Shown here: piece by piece, positions 15,677 to 23,688 of the stretch
Numbering within the stretch: position 1 is the stretch's first letter
Layout: each line of letters begins with the position of its first letter
DNA from: Christensenellales bacterium
Lineage (GTDB): Bacteria > Bacillota > Clostridia > Christensenellales > Aristaeellaceae
Length of the DNA stretch: 34,862 nt
Assembly (NCBI GenBank): GCA_050945995.1
Contig: JBMNUA010000001.1
Coordinates: 1 to 34,862, forward strand
Reading direction: 5' to 3'
The notes under the pieces: model-generated
Seen by the model: only the letters and a program-made list of their open reading frames with translations
Told to the model about the DNA's origin: nothing
Database searches by the model: none
Made by a program: the position numbers and the translations under genes

Positions 15677-16069
15677 ATGTCAGAGGTTTGCTTCCATGCC
15701 GTTGGCAGGAGAAAAAAGGCGATCGCTCGCGTTCGTCTGATCCCGGGTGAAGGTGCGATCACGATCAACAAGCGCAACATCGAGGAGTATTTCGGCTACG
15801 AAACCCTCAAGATGCTCGTGCGCCAGCCCCTCGCGCTGACCGATACCGGCTCGCGTTTCGACATCATCGTTAACGTCAGAGGCGGCGGGTATACCGGGCA
15901 GGCGGGCGCAATCCGCCACGGCATCGCCCGCGCGTTGGTAAAAGCGGACGAGGAGCTCAAAAGCTCCATCAAGCGTGCCGGCTATCTCACCCGCGACCCG
16001 CGCATGAAGGAGCGTAAAAAGTACGGTCTCAAGGCCGCGCGCCGCGCACCCCAGTTCTCGAAGAGATAA
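15677..16069 (+). CDS. rpsI: 30S ribosomal protein S9
   Basis: 130 aa. Motifs include GRRK.A.ARV.L..G.G.I.IN and the C-terminal RDPR.KERKKYG...AR...QFSKR. Confidence 0.95.
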   Translation: MSEVCFHAVGRRKKAIARVRLIPGEGAITINKRNIEEYFGYETLKMLVRQPLALTDTGSRFDIIVNVRGGGYTGQAGAIRHGIARALVKADEELKSSIKRAGYLTRDPRMKERKKYGLKAARRAPQFSKR

Positions 16070-16081
16070 ATTGTTTCATCC

Positions 16082-16106
16082 AAACGCCGCAAATGCGGCG
16101 TTTTTG
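16082..16106 (+). terminator. Intrinsic terminator of rplM-rpsI
   Basis: AAACGCCGC-AAAT-GCGGCGTTT hairpin followed by TTTTTG. Confidence 0.8.
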
Positions 16107-16339
16107 TATTAACAATGAGATATATCAATTAGAAGAAGCAGCTTGCAGAACAGCCTGATCAATCAAGTTTGGCGGCGTGTACGTCAAACTTGCATGTTCA
16201 CAAAGAAAACGCTTGCGTTATCGACTGGACATGAGTTCCTGCCAGTCAGATTTGCGCCCGGAAATTCGTGAGAATTTTAGCAAATCGCAGTCTTCCTCCA
16301 ATTCATCAAAAAACGTGCGTTTTTTGATGACCGGTGAAT

Positions 16340-16365
16340 AAAAAAGCGCCCGATCGCTCGGACGC
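16340..16365 (-). terminator. Intrinsic terminator ending the candidate 6S RNA unit
   Basis: The minus-strand RNA is GCGUCCGA-GCGA-UCGGGCGC (8 bp including one G:U pair, GNRA loop) followed by UUUUUUAUU. Confidence 0.75.
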
Positions 16366-16557
16366 TCAAAAGTAAATCCCGTAAATGCCGCTCGCCTCTG
16401 CTTTATCACCCGCCTCTCGGCAGGGCGGTGACCTGCGACCGCTTATTGTCTTCCCCTGCGCAAATCGGGGGCTTGACAGCCGCGTATCGACCCGGAAACC
16501 TGTTTGTGATATGTGGGTAAAAGCATCGGCGTGACGCACACCACAGGATGTTTTCTT
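16341..16557 (-). ncRNA. ssrS: Candidate 6S RNA (SsrS-like), about 215-nt primary transcript
   Basis: The unit is bounded by a consensus promoter and a terminator and has no credible ORF. The 5' arm AUCCUGU-GGU-GUGC-GUCA-CGCC-GAU-GCUUU..UAUCAC pairs with the 3' arm GUGAUA-AAGC-AGA-GGCG-AGCG-GCAU-UU-ACGGGAU, giving a long bulged rod around an internal bubble and stem. The ends UCCUG..GUGU and GCGGCAU..CGGGAU resemble 6S RNA termini as I recall them. This was not verified with a covariance model. Confidence 0.55.
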
Positions 16558-16563
16558 GATCCC

Positions 16564-16592
16564 ATTATATCGCCCATCGCCGCCGATGTCAA
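16564..16592 (-). promoter_or_regulatory. Consensus sigma-A promoter driving the candidate 6S RNA
   Basis: The minus strand reads TTGACA-17 nt-TATAAT, a perfect match in both hexamers and in spacing. Confidence 0.75.
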
Positions 16593-16638
16593 CCGCTTTC
16601 CGCCGGAATAATCTGCTTATTTCGCAAATCGGCGCTTT

Positions 16639-17400
16639 TCACAAAAACTCCAATACATGAATGCGCGGCGCGCAGCCGACCCGGATCGGCAGTTTGCTCA
16701 TGCCAATTCCCGTCGTCACCAGCATCTTCGCGCCGCCGCGCGTCATGCATCCCGCGACGCCCTGCACCTGCCGCTGCTCAAACCCGAGCGCATACGCAGT
16801 CAGCCCAAAAACATTGATCTGCCCGCCGTGCGTATGCCCGGAGAGGATGATGTCCGCCTGCGCGCCGCCCGTTTCGTGCACATAGGGATAATGGGTGAGG
16901 AGGATCGCATACGCCTTTTCGCCGCGCCCGTCAAACATCCCGCGCGCGTTGGGCGCGCCGTATTCCATCTCGTCCACGCCGCCGATGATCAGCCTTCCGC
17001 CGCCGATATCGACCGAAACCGCCTCATTCACAAGAATTGGCATGTTTGCCATTTGTTGCAATTGTGCGATCTCCGGGAACACTTCGCGGTCGTTGTTGCC
17101 GATCACCGCATACGCGCCATAATGAAAGGAAAGCCCGTCAAGCGCGCGAAACAGCCTGCGCGCGGCGTCCGCGCTCTCGCCGTAATCGCCGCCCAATAAA
17201 AATAGATCCGCATCTGCGCTTCCGATCATCCGCGCAAGCTCATCCAGATACGAATCCCGCGTCCCATCCCGAATATGGAAATCCGCCGCAAACAGCACCC
17301 GCAGCCCGCGCAGAAAGCGCGGCGCGCCGGCGATGCGCAACCGCTCGACGCGCGGCAGTGGATTCCATCCGAGATAGAAATACCGGTCTATATCGCCCAC
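16639..17400 (-). CDS. Calcineurin-like metallophosphoesterase (YkuE-like)
   Basis: Motifs include FAADFH, GGDY, GNND, HYP and GHTHGGQ. The start is probably the GTG at 17400 (253 aa), overlapping the glpP stop. The ORF-track extension to 17514 lies inside glpP and is Arg/Gly-rich junk. Confidence 0.8.
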   Translation of the reverse strand: MGDIDRYFYLGWNPLPRVERLRIAGAPRFLRGLRVLFAADFHIRDGTRDSYLDELARMIGSADADLFLLGGDYGESADAARRLFRALDGLSFHYGAYAVIGNNDREVFPEIAQLQQMANMPILVNEAVSVDIGGGRLIIGGVDEMEYGAPNARGMFDGRGEKAYAILLTHYPYVHETGGAQADIILSGHTHGGQINVFGLTAYALGFEQRQVQGVAGCMTRGGAKMLVTTGIGMSKLPIRVGCAPRIHVLEFL

Positions 17401-17951
17401 AGCCTTTCGTCGCTCACGGAAACCGCGATCGCGCCCGCCGCCAGCGCGTCCAGCACCTCGCGCCGCTCGGTGATCATGCCGCCCGCGATCACGGGCTTGT
17501 CGAGCGCTTGGCATAGCTGCCGCACCGCCTTGGGCGCAATCCCCGGCAGCACCTCCGCCATCTCGGGCGGCGTCGCCCGCAACAGCCGCTTCCCGTGCTC
17601 AAACGACGAGGAGTCCATCAAAAACAGCCGCTGTATGGTGACGACGCCCAATTCCGATGCGCGGCGTATCAGCGCCGGGCGCGTGGAGATCAGCCCGTCG
17701 ATGCCGAGCGTGCGCACGCACCATTCCACCGCCGCGTCGTCGCGCCCCAGCCCCTCGGCAAGGTCGATGTGCAAAAACGCGTACTTGTTGCCGTCGTGCG
17801 CGCGCGTCACCATCTCCTGCAAATTCGTGATCGATCCGCCCAAGATGAAGATCGCCGCCACGGGGCTTCTCGCCGCGCGCGTCACCGCGTCCATCGTGCG
17901 AACAGATGCGATCACCGGATGCTTGGATAGCTCCTGCTCCAGCCTGCTCAT
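17388..17951 (-). CDS. glpP: Glycerol-3-phosphate-responsive antiterminator family protein (GlpP/PF04309-like)
   Basis: 187 aa. It has P.IA(S/A)V, FLH.DL..GL..D, G(I/V)IST and QR.F..DS..., the typical GlpP layout. The ATGA overlaps the upstream gene. Confidence 0.75.
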   Translation of the reverse strand: MSRLEQELSKHPVIASVRTMDAVTRAARSPVAAIFILGGSITNLQEMVTRAHDGNKYAFLHIDLAEGLGRDDAAVEWCVRTLGIDGLISTRPALIRRASELGVVTIQRLFLMDSSSFEHGKRLLRATPPEMAEVLPGIAPKAVRQLCQALDKPVIAGGMITERREVLDALAAGAIAVSVSDERLWAI

Positions 17952-18976
17952 ACGCTTGACACACGCGCGCGCTCGAACGCGCGGTAGAATTCGAGCTGCG
18001 CGGGCATCGTTTCATACGGCTTGAGCCCGTAGGGACAGCGCGTTTCACACAGGCCGCAATGCGTGCAATCCTCGATCCGCTCCATGCCCGCGCGCCATTC
18101 GTGCGTCAGCCAATTCTGGGCAGGGGAGCGCAGCAGCAACTCGCGCATGCGGTTTGCGTTTTGGATCGGAATTTCGACGGGGCAGGGGAGACAGTACCCG
18201 CAGCCGCGGCAGAACGCGCCCGAGAGCGCGCGCCGATCCGCTTCGATCTCCCGCATCAACTCATCCGTGATCGCCGGCGGGTTCTTCTCGTATTCGATGA
18301 ACTCCTCCAACTCCTCCATCCGCTGAACGCCCCAAATCGGCAGCGCGATCTCATACTGCCGTATGAACGAAAACGGCAGCTTCGCGTTCGTGACCAGCCC
18401 GCCCGACATCCCTTTCATGCACAGAAAGCCGATGTCCGCCTGCGCGCATCGCTCCACCAACTCGATCTCCCGCTTCGTCGAGAGATGATTGAACGGAAAT
18501 TGCAACGTCTCGTACAGCCCCGATTCCACCGCCTGAAACGCCAGCTCAATCGAATGATTCGTGATGCCAATGTGCCGTATCTTGCCCGCCGCCTTCGCGC
18601 GCAGCGCGGCGTCGTACAGCCCGTCGTCGCCGCCCGGCTGCGGTAAGAACGAGGGGTTGTGGAATTGATAGATGTCGATGTAGTCCGTTTTCAAGTTTTT
18701 AAGCGATGTCTCCAGCTGCGCCTCGAGCTCCGCGCCCGTGCGCGCGCCCGTCTTCGTCGCGATGATGATCTCGCTCCGCACATCATGCAGCGCATAACCT
18801 AGCTTTTCCTCGGAATCCGAATAGGCGCGCGCCGTGTCAAATAGGTTGATGCCCGCCTCGTAGGCGCGGCGGAGCATCGCCCGCGCCGCGTCAAAATCCA
18901 CGCGCTGGATCGGCAAACAGCCAAAACCCGTGCGCGCAACCATCCGCTCGGTCTTGCCGAAGCGTATTCTCTCCAT
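17948..18976 (-). CDS. Aldo/keto reductase with a C-terminal 4Fe-4S ferredoxin-type domain
   Basis: 342 aa. The N-terminal AKR fold shows G.G....R, NLFDTA..Y..SE and D.YQFHN. The C-terminus has C.GCG.C..CP and C..CG.CE..CP. Confidence 0.85.
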   Translation of the reverse strand: MERIRFGKTERMVARTGFGCLPIQRVDFDAARAMLRRAYEAGINLFDTARAYSDSEEKLGYALHDVRSEIIIATKTGARTGAELEAQLETSLKNLKTDYIDIYQFHNPSFLPQPGGDDGLYDAALRAKAAGKIRHIGITNHSIELAFQAVESGLYETLQFPFNHLSTKREIELVERCAQADIGFLCMKGMSGGLVTNAKLPFSFIRQYEIALPIWGVQRMEELEEFIEYEKNPPAITDELMREIEADRRALSGAFCRGCGYCLPCPVEIPIQNANRMRELLLRSPAQNWLTHEWRAGMERIEDCTHCGLCETRCPYGLKPYETMPAQLEFYRAFERARVSSV

Positions 18977-18994
18977 GTTTACTATCTCCTTTGT

Positions 18995-20986
18995 TTATAT
19001 GCGCTTGAGTATCCGCGCCTCGTTTTTCGCAAGCGCGATTTTGCCCTCGACGCGCGCGCCCGTGTCCGCATCCTCGCACGCAGGCACAACCGCCCAACTT
19101 TCCTCGCCCGAGAAATTGAGCAGGAACAGATACGCTCCGCGGCTCGTGATCTGCATCTCCGCGCCAAACTCCGCTGCAAGCGGCGCAATCTTCGCCTCCG
19201 GCAGCCGCGCGCAGTAGAAATCGGTGAGGTCGGTTGCGCCCATGCGCGATGCGATGTACCACGCGCCGCCCTTGCCCTTGCGGTTTTCCGTGATCGCCGG
19301 GAACCCCGCGTAGTAATCGTCGCGGAAGGTCGCGCGCACCTGTGTGCCCTCAGCATGCAGCACATCCGCGAGGAATCCGCATTCGATCTCGCGCCCATCT
19401 TCAAGCACCATCGCGTTTTTTTGGTGCGGATAGTATGCGTCCGTCTCCTCGCACCACACGCCCAACAGCTCGCGCAGCGGACCGGGCGCGCCGCCGAGGA
19501 AGCATAAGTCGTTCTCGTTGACGATGCCCGTCCAGTAGGTGACAACGAGCGTGCCGCCTGCTTCGACAAACGCCGCCAGCCGCTGCGCAACCCTCGGTTT
19601 GATCATGTACAGCATCGGCGCGCTGATCAGCTTGTAATCCGCAAAATCGCAGTCCATGTCGATCACATCCACGTCGATCCCAAGGTTCTTGATCGCGCCG
19701 TAATGCTCCAGCACCTGCTCGACATGCTGCTTCTCGCGGCGCGGGCCAAACGCACCCTCAACCGCCCACCGGTTCTCCTGGTCAAACAGCACCGCGGCGG
19801 GCGCCTTCGAGCACGCGCCCTCGATCGCCGCAAGCGCCTTCAGCCGCGCGCCGACCGCCGATACATCGCGGAACACGCGCGTGTTCTCCGTGCCGTCGTG
19901 CCCGACCACCGCGCCGTGCAGCTTCTCGCACGCGCCGCGGCTTTTGCGCCATTGGAAGTATTGCACCGTGTCCGCGCCGTGGGCGAGCGCCTGCATACTC
20001 GAGAGCATGTGCATCCCCGGTCGCTTCGGGCGGCACACCTCCTGCCAGTTCGTCATCGACGGCGTGGACTCCATCAGCGCCCATGGCTTTTTCTGCATCG
20101 CGCGCATCGCGTCGTAGTTGAAGGCAGCGAAGTGCGCCGTGTCGATGTCGCGCCCGCTGTCCCAGGTGGGGTAGGCGTCATAGCTGATGAAATCGATCTC
20201 GCGCGCAAATTTATAGTAGTCCAACGGGAACAGTCCGTGCATGTTCGTCGTGACGGGCTTGTCCGGGCTGATCCTACGGATCGGCGCAAGCTCCGCGCGC
20301 ATGAAATCAATCGTCTGATGCGTCACGAACCGCTGCCAGTCGATGGAAAGCCCGTGCACCGCGCTCTCGCCCAATTCCGAAGGGCTGTGGATCTGGCTCC
20401 AATCGGTGTATGTCTTCGCCCAGAACCCCGTCCACCACTCTTGATTCAACTTCTCAAGCGTGCCATACTTCTCTTTGAGATACGCGCGAAACGCGTGCTG
20501 ACACGCGTCGCAATGGCATTCGCCGCCGTATTCGTTGGAGATGTGCCAGCCCACCACCGCCGGATGGTCGGCAAATTCCTCCGCCAGGCGCGTGTTCATG
20601 CGCGTGACGAGATGGCGATACGCGGGGGAGGTGAAACAATGGTTGTGCCGCTCACCGTGGATGTATTTCAAGCCGTCCTGCCGCGTGCGCATCACTTCGG
20701 GGTACTTCTCATCCATCCACGCGGGGCGCGCGGCGGACGGCGTCGCGAGAAATGCCGACACCCCGTTTTCGTGCAGCTTGTCCAAAAGCTCGCGGAGCCA
20801 GCCGAATTCGTATTTGCCCTCCTCCGGCTCGAGCGCCGCCCACGCGAAGATGCCAACGTTCATCAAATTGCTGCCCGATAACTTCATCAACCGCAGATCC
20901 GCGTCCAGCGTCCCGGGGATGTGCCGCCATTGGTCGGGATTGTAATCGGCGCCGTGTCCCAAAAAACCCAATTTGAACTCAGCCAT
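18995..20986 (-). CDS. Beta-galactosidase, glycoside hydrolase family 42
   Basis: 663 aa. Motifs include GADYNPDQW, W..LEPEEG.Y.F.WL, W(H/Q)ISNEYG and CHC..C, the typical GH42 pattern. A GGAGG ribosome-binding site is present. Confidence 0.92.
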   Translation of the reverse strand: MAEFKLGFLGHGADYNPDQWRHIPGTLDADLRLMKLSGSNLMNVGIFAWAALEPEEGKYEFGWLRELLDKLHENGVSAFLATPSAARPAWMDEKYPEVMRTRQDGLKYIHGERHNHCFTSPAYRHLVTRMNTRLAEEFADHPAVVGWHISNEYGGECHCDACQHAFRAYLKEKYGTLEKLNQEWWTGFWAKTYTDWSQIHSPSELGESAVHGLSIDWQRFVTHQTIDFMRAELAPIRRISPDKPVTTNMHGLFPLDYYKFAREIDFISYDAYPTWDSGRDIDTAHFAAFNYDAMRAMQKKPWALMESTPSMTNWQEVCRPKRPGMHMLSSMQALAHGADTVQYFQWRKSRGACEKLHGAVVGHDGTENTRVFRDVSAVGARLKALAAIEGACSKAPAAVLFDQENRWAVEGAFGPRREKQHVEQVLEHYGAIKNLGIDVDVIDMDCDFADYKLISAPMLYMIKPRVAQRLAAFVEAGGTLVVTYWTGIVNENDLCFLGGAPGPLRELLGVWCEETDAYYPHQKNAMVLEDGREIECGFLADVLHAEGTQVRATFRDDYYAGFPAITENRKGKGGAWYIASRMGATDLTDFYCARLPEAKIAPLAAEFGAEMQITSRGAYLFLLNFSGEESWAVVPACEDADTGARVEGKIALAKNEARILKRI

Positions 20987-21015
20987 TTGCTACCTCCGTA
21001 CCGTGTGATCCACTC

Positions 21016-21723
21016 TCAAATAACGAGCACCTCGTACTCCGCTTGCTTCTCAAACCCGCATTTTAGCGCCGTTTGGATCGACGGCGCATTGTTTGCCCAG
21101 CACTCCCAATACACCGTGTCCATGCCCATTTCATGCGCCGTATTCAGAAATGCACGCGTCAAATCCGCCGCCAGCCCGCGCCCGCGGTACGCCTCGTCCA
21201 CATAGATGCCAATCGCGCATTTCCCGCGCGAAGGGTATTCCGAGGTGCAAAACCCGCGCAGCGCGCCGTCGTACACGGGCGCAAACCCGATCCCGCGCGC
21301 AAAGAAATCCGCCATCGACAAGTAGGTGCCCGTGCCCAAAACTTCCTCGGTGAACATCTCCGCGTTCCCATATTTTTCGAGTGCGCCTGTGTCGATCCGC
21401 ATGATCGCGTCGTTCCTCCCATCATGCGGATACGGCTTCACCGCCAGCATCGCGCGCCGATACACCTTCGCATCATCGCATATTTCCCGCAACCCATCCA
21501 GCCACGCCTCATCCGGGCAGTATACAATCGTCCCGTCCTCCGCGCGCATGTTCTTCGCCAAATAAAGCGCCGTCTCCCGGTCATACGCGCCCCCGATGAA
21601 CAGGGAATGACCAAAGAGCACGGCGCACGCCTTCTCGCCCTCGTAGTATTTCGCCAAATTCGGGTTCTCCGAAAGCGTATCGAGCATGTATTGCATCGGC
21701 AACCATTCTAGCATCTTTCGCAT
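21016..21723 (-). CDS. GNAT-family N-acetyltransferase (two-domain)
   Basis: 235 aa. The C-terminal segment (I.V...YRGRGLA..L...F...A...G...YWEC...N..S...A.K.GF) is a GNAT acetyl-CoA binding motif. A GAGGTG ribosome-binding site is present. Confidence 0.75.
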   Translation of the reverse strand: MRKMLEWLPMQYMLDTLSENPNLAKYYEGEKACAVLFGHSLFIGGAYDRETALYLAKNMRAEDGTIVYCPDEAWLDGLREICDDAKVYRRAMLAVKPYPHDGRNDAIMRIDTGALEKYGNAEMFTEEVLGTGTYLSMADFFARGIGFAPVYDGALRGFCTSEYPSRGKCAIGIYVDEAYRGRGLAADLTRAFLNTAHEMGMDTVYWECWANNAPSIQTALKCGFEKQAEYEVLVI

Positions 21724-21732
21724 ATCATCACC

Positions 21733-22686
21733 TCATGGCACGAGCAGCGCCGCGCCGATCATCCCCGTATTGTCGCCCAACTCCGCCGCTAAAAAATGCG
21801 CGGGGTAGCGCGCCTCCATCTGTGAATACCGCTTGTAGGACGAAACAATCATCTCGATAAACCGCGGTCCCAGCTTCATCACGCCGCCGCCGTAAACAAA
21901 CACATTGATGTCGAAAATCTGATACAGCGAATGAAACATCCGCCCCAGGTACTCCGCGCCGCGCGCGACCACCTCGACCGCGAGCGGATCATCCTCCTGA
22001 AACGCGCGTCCCACCGCCACCATATCGATGCGCGAAAACGTGCCCGCATATTTTAGGATGCTGCTCTCCTCGCCCTCCTTGATGCGGTTCATGGCGTACT
22101 CCGCCATGTGCGGACCGGAAGCGATCGACTGCACGCATCCCGTCACCCCGCAGCCGCAGGGAGACCCGGCAGCATCGGAGATGAACATATGCCCGATCTC
22201 GCCCGCCGCGCCGTGGATGCCGCGGTACAAATCGCCGTTTAGGATCAGCCCGCCGCCGATGCCCGTCGATACCGTCACATAGATCATATCCCGATGCCCG
22301 CGCCCCGCGCCCAACCGATGCTCGGCGAGCGCCGCGACATTCGCGTCGTTGTCCAGCCACACCGGCAGCCCCAACCGCTCCTCGAGCAGCGCGCGCACCG
22401 GCACATTGTTGAGCATGACGATGTTGCTCGTCTCCAGCACGATCCCGCGCTCAAAATCGATGTGCGAAGGAAACGCCGCGCCGATGCCGCGCACCTCCTC
22501 GCGCTTGATCCCCGCGCCGCGCAGCAGTTCGCTCACATGCCCCGTGATTTGATCCATCAGTTGATCGGGCTTCAATTCCGGATCGGTCGATCGCTGGATC
22601 ACGCGCAGGAGGTTCATGTGCTCGTCGAACACACCGTAGAGTATTTTCGTCCCGCCCACATCGATCCCGATGACATGCTTTTTCAT
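21733..22686 (-). CDS. ROK-family sugar kinase (glucokinase-like)
   Basis: 317 aa from the ATG at 22686 (GGGAGG 8 nt upstream). Motifs include IGIDVGGTK, DNDANVAALAE, GTGIGGG.I..G....G..G.AGE.GH and the Zn motif C.CG..GC. Confidence 0.85.
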   Translation of the reverse strand: MKKHVIGIDVGGTKILYGVFDEHMNLLRVIQRSTDPELKPDQLMDQITGHVSELLRGAGIKREEVRGIGAAFPSHIDFERGIVLETSNIVMLNNVPVRALLEERLGLPVWLDNDANVAALAEHRLGAGRGHRDMIYVTVSTGIGGGLILNGDLYRGIHGAAGEIGHMFISDAAGSPCGCGVTGCVQSIASGPHMAEYAMNRIKEGEESSILKYAGTFSRIDMVAVGRAFQEDDPLAVEVVARGAEYLGRMFHSLYQIFDINVFVYGGGVMKLGPRFIEMIVSSYKRYSQMEARYPAHFLAAELGDNTGMIGAALLVP

Positions 22687-22788
22687 GCACATAGCCTCCC
22701 GACGCGCCGCCTGCCCAATTCTATCCATATACTATCAGATATCACTCGATTTTTCAACCGGCGCGCACAGAAAATCCGCGCGGCTTCA

Positions 22789-22817
22789 TTGACTTCAAGC
22801 GCGCGCGGTGCTATGCT
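22789..22817 (+). promoter_or_regulatory. Putative promoter for the MBL-fold gene
   Basis: TTGACT-17 nt-TATGCT, about 38 nt upstream of the ATG. Confidence 0.4.
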
Positions 22818-22854
22818 CAATCGCAAGAAACTGCCACGCGGCACGGAGGAATCT

Positions 22855-23688
22855 ATGGAACTGTTATTTCTCGGAACGGGCGCAGCGACCGCGCTCCCGC
22901 TCCCGTTTTGCAACTGCGAAACCTGCGCCCACGCGCGCGCCGCGGGTGGCAAGGATATTAGGCGCAGATCGTCCGTATTGATCGACGGGAACATCCTCCT
23001 CGATTTAGGACCCGACAGCGTCTCCGCCGCGCTTACATACGGCGCGGATTTCGGCGCACTCGGCTGCCTTCTCCAAACGCACGCGCATTCCGATCACTTC
23101 GACGCCGGGCATCTCATCACCCGCATGCCTGAATATGCCACGCGCGCCCAAAATAAACTGCGGTTGTTTGCCTCGCGCGCCTGCATCTCGCAAATGTCGA
23201 ACATGCTCGCGCGCGAGGAATCGGGCGCAACGCTCGAAGACGATTTATGGCTAAAAAAACTAGAAATGGATGTGCAACCCCTCGCGCACGGCGACCGCGC
23301 ATGGTTTGATAATTATGAGATCATCGCCGTCGAATCCGCGCACGATGTCCCCGGCGGCTCGCTGATGTACATCGTCCGCCGCGGCGCGTCCGCGTTTTTC
23401 TACGCCTGCGACACGCCGCTTTTGACAGATAACGCGTGGTCGCTCCTCGAATCGCTCGATTTCCCGCTCACCGCCGCCGCGATCGACCAAACCTACGGAC
23501 CTAGCACGCCGGGCGGCGGGCACATGCACGCCGATCAAGTCGCGGAAACCGCCGCGCGCCTTCGCTGCAAGCGCACCTATGCCACCCACATCTCGCACGA
23601 GGGCACGCCTCCGCACGCCGCGCTCGAGGCGTGGACGCGCGCGCGGGGCTACCTCGTCGCCTATGACGGCATGCGCATCAGCGTATAG
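22855..23688 (+). CDS. MBL-fold metallo-hydrolase (PhnP/GPP-like)
   Basis: 277 aa from the ATG at 22855 (GGAGGA ribosome-binding site). It has FLGTG, a C.C..C zinc knuckle and THAHSDH. The long ORF-track extension upstream is antisense to the ROK gene. Confidence 0.75.
   Translation: MELLFLGTGAATALPLPFCNCETCAHARAAGGKDIRRRSSVLIDGNILLDLGPDSVSAALTYGADFGALGCLLQTHAHSDHFDAGHLITRMPEYATRAQNKLRLFASRACISQMSNMLAREESGATLEDDLWLKKLEMDVQPLAHGDRAWFDNYEIIAVESAHDVPGGSLMYIVRRGASAFFYACDTPLLTDNAWSLLESLDFPLTAAAIDQTYGPSTPGGGHMHADQVAETAARLRCKRTYATHISHEGTPPHAALEAWTRARGYLVAYDGMRISV

Noticed and set aside
16218-16409. 63-aa minus-strand ORF in the rpsI/metallophosphoesterase gap
   Set aside because: It starts at a GTG with no properly spaced ribosome-binding site. 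It also reads straight through a strong intrinsic terminator hairpin (16340-16365). The region is better explained as the 3' part of an ncRNA plus non-coding spacer.
16376-16549. Alternative identity of the rod-shaped RNA as SRP (4.5S/scRNA) RNA, because of CAGGUCA...AAGCAG
   Set aside because: The segment between these motifs is a 5-7 bp stem with a 9-nt loop (CUGCCGAGA), not the conserved GGUCC-GNRA-GGA domain IV apex. The overall fold places the apex elsewhere. I judge 6S more likely, but only a covariance-model search can settle it.
17401-17514. 38-aa N-terminal extension of the metallophosphoesterase ORF
   Set aside because: It lies within the glpP coding sequence in another frame and is Arg/Gly-rich. 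The GTG at 17400, overlapping the glpP stop, is the more parsimonious start, though it remains unverified.
19703-20881. 392-aa plus-strand ORF
   Set aside because: It lies antisense to the GH42 beta-galactosidase gene, which has strong family motifs. This ORF is Arg/Leu/His-rich with no motifs.
22294-22854. 187-aa N-terminal extension of the MBL-fold ORF
   Set aside because: It lies antisense to the ROK kinase gene. The ATG at 22855 has a GGAGGA ribosome-binding site and an upstream promoter-like element.
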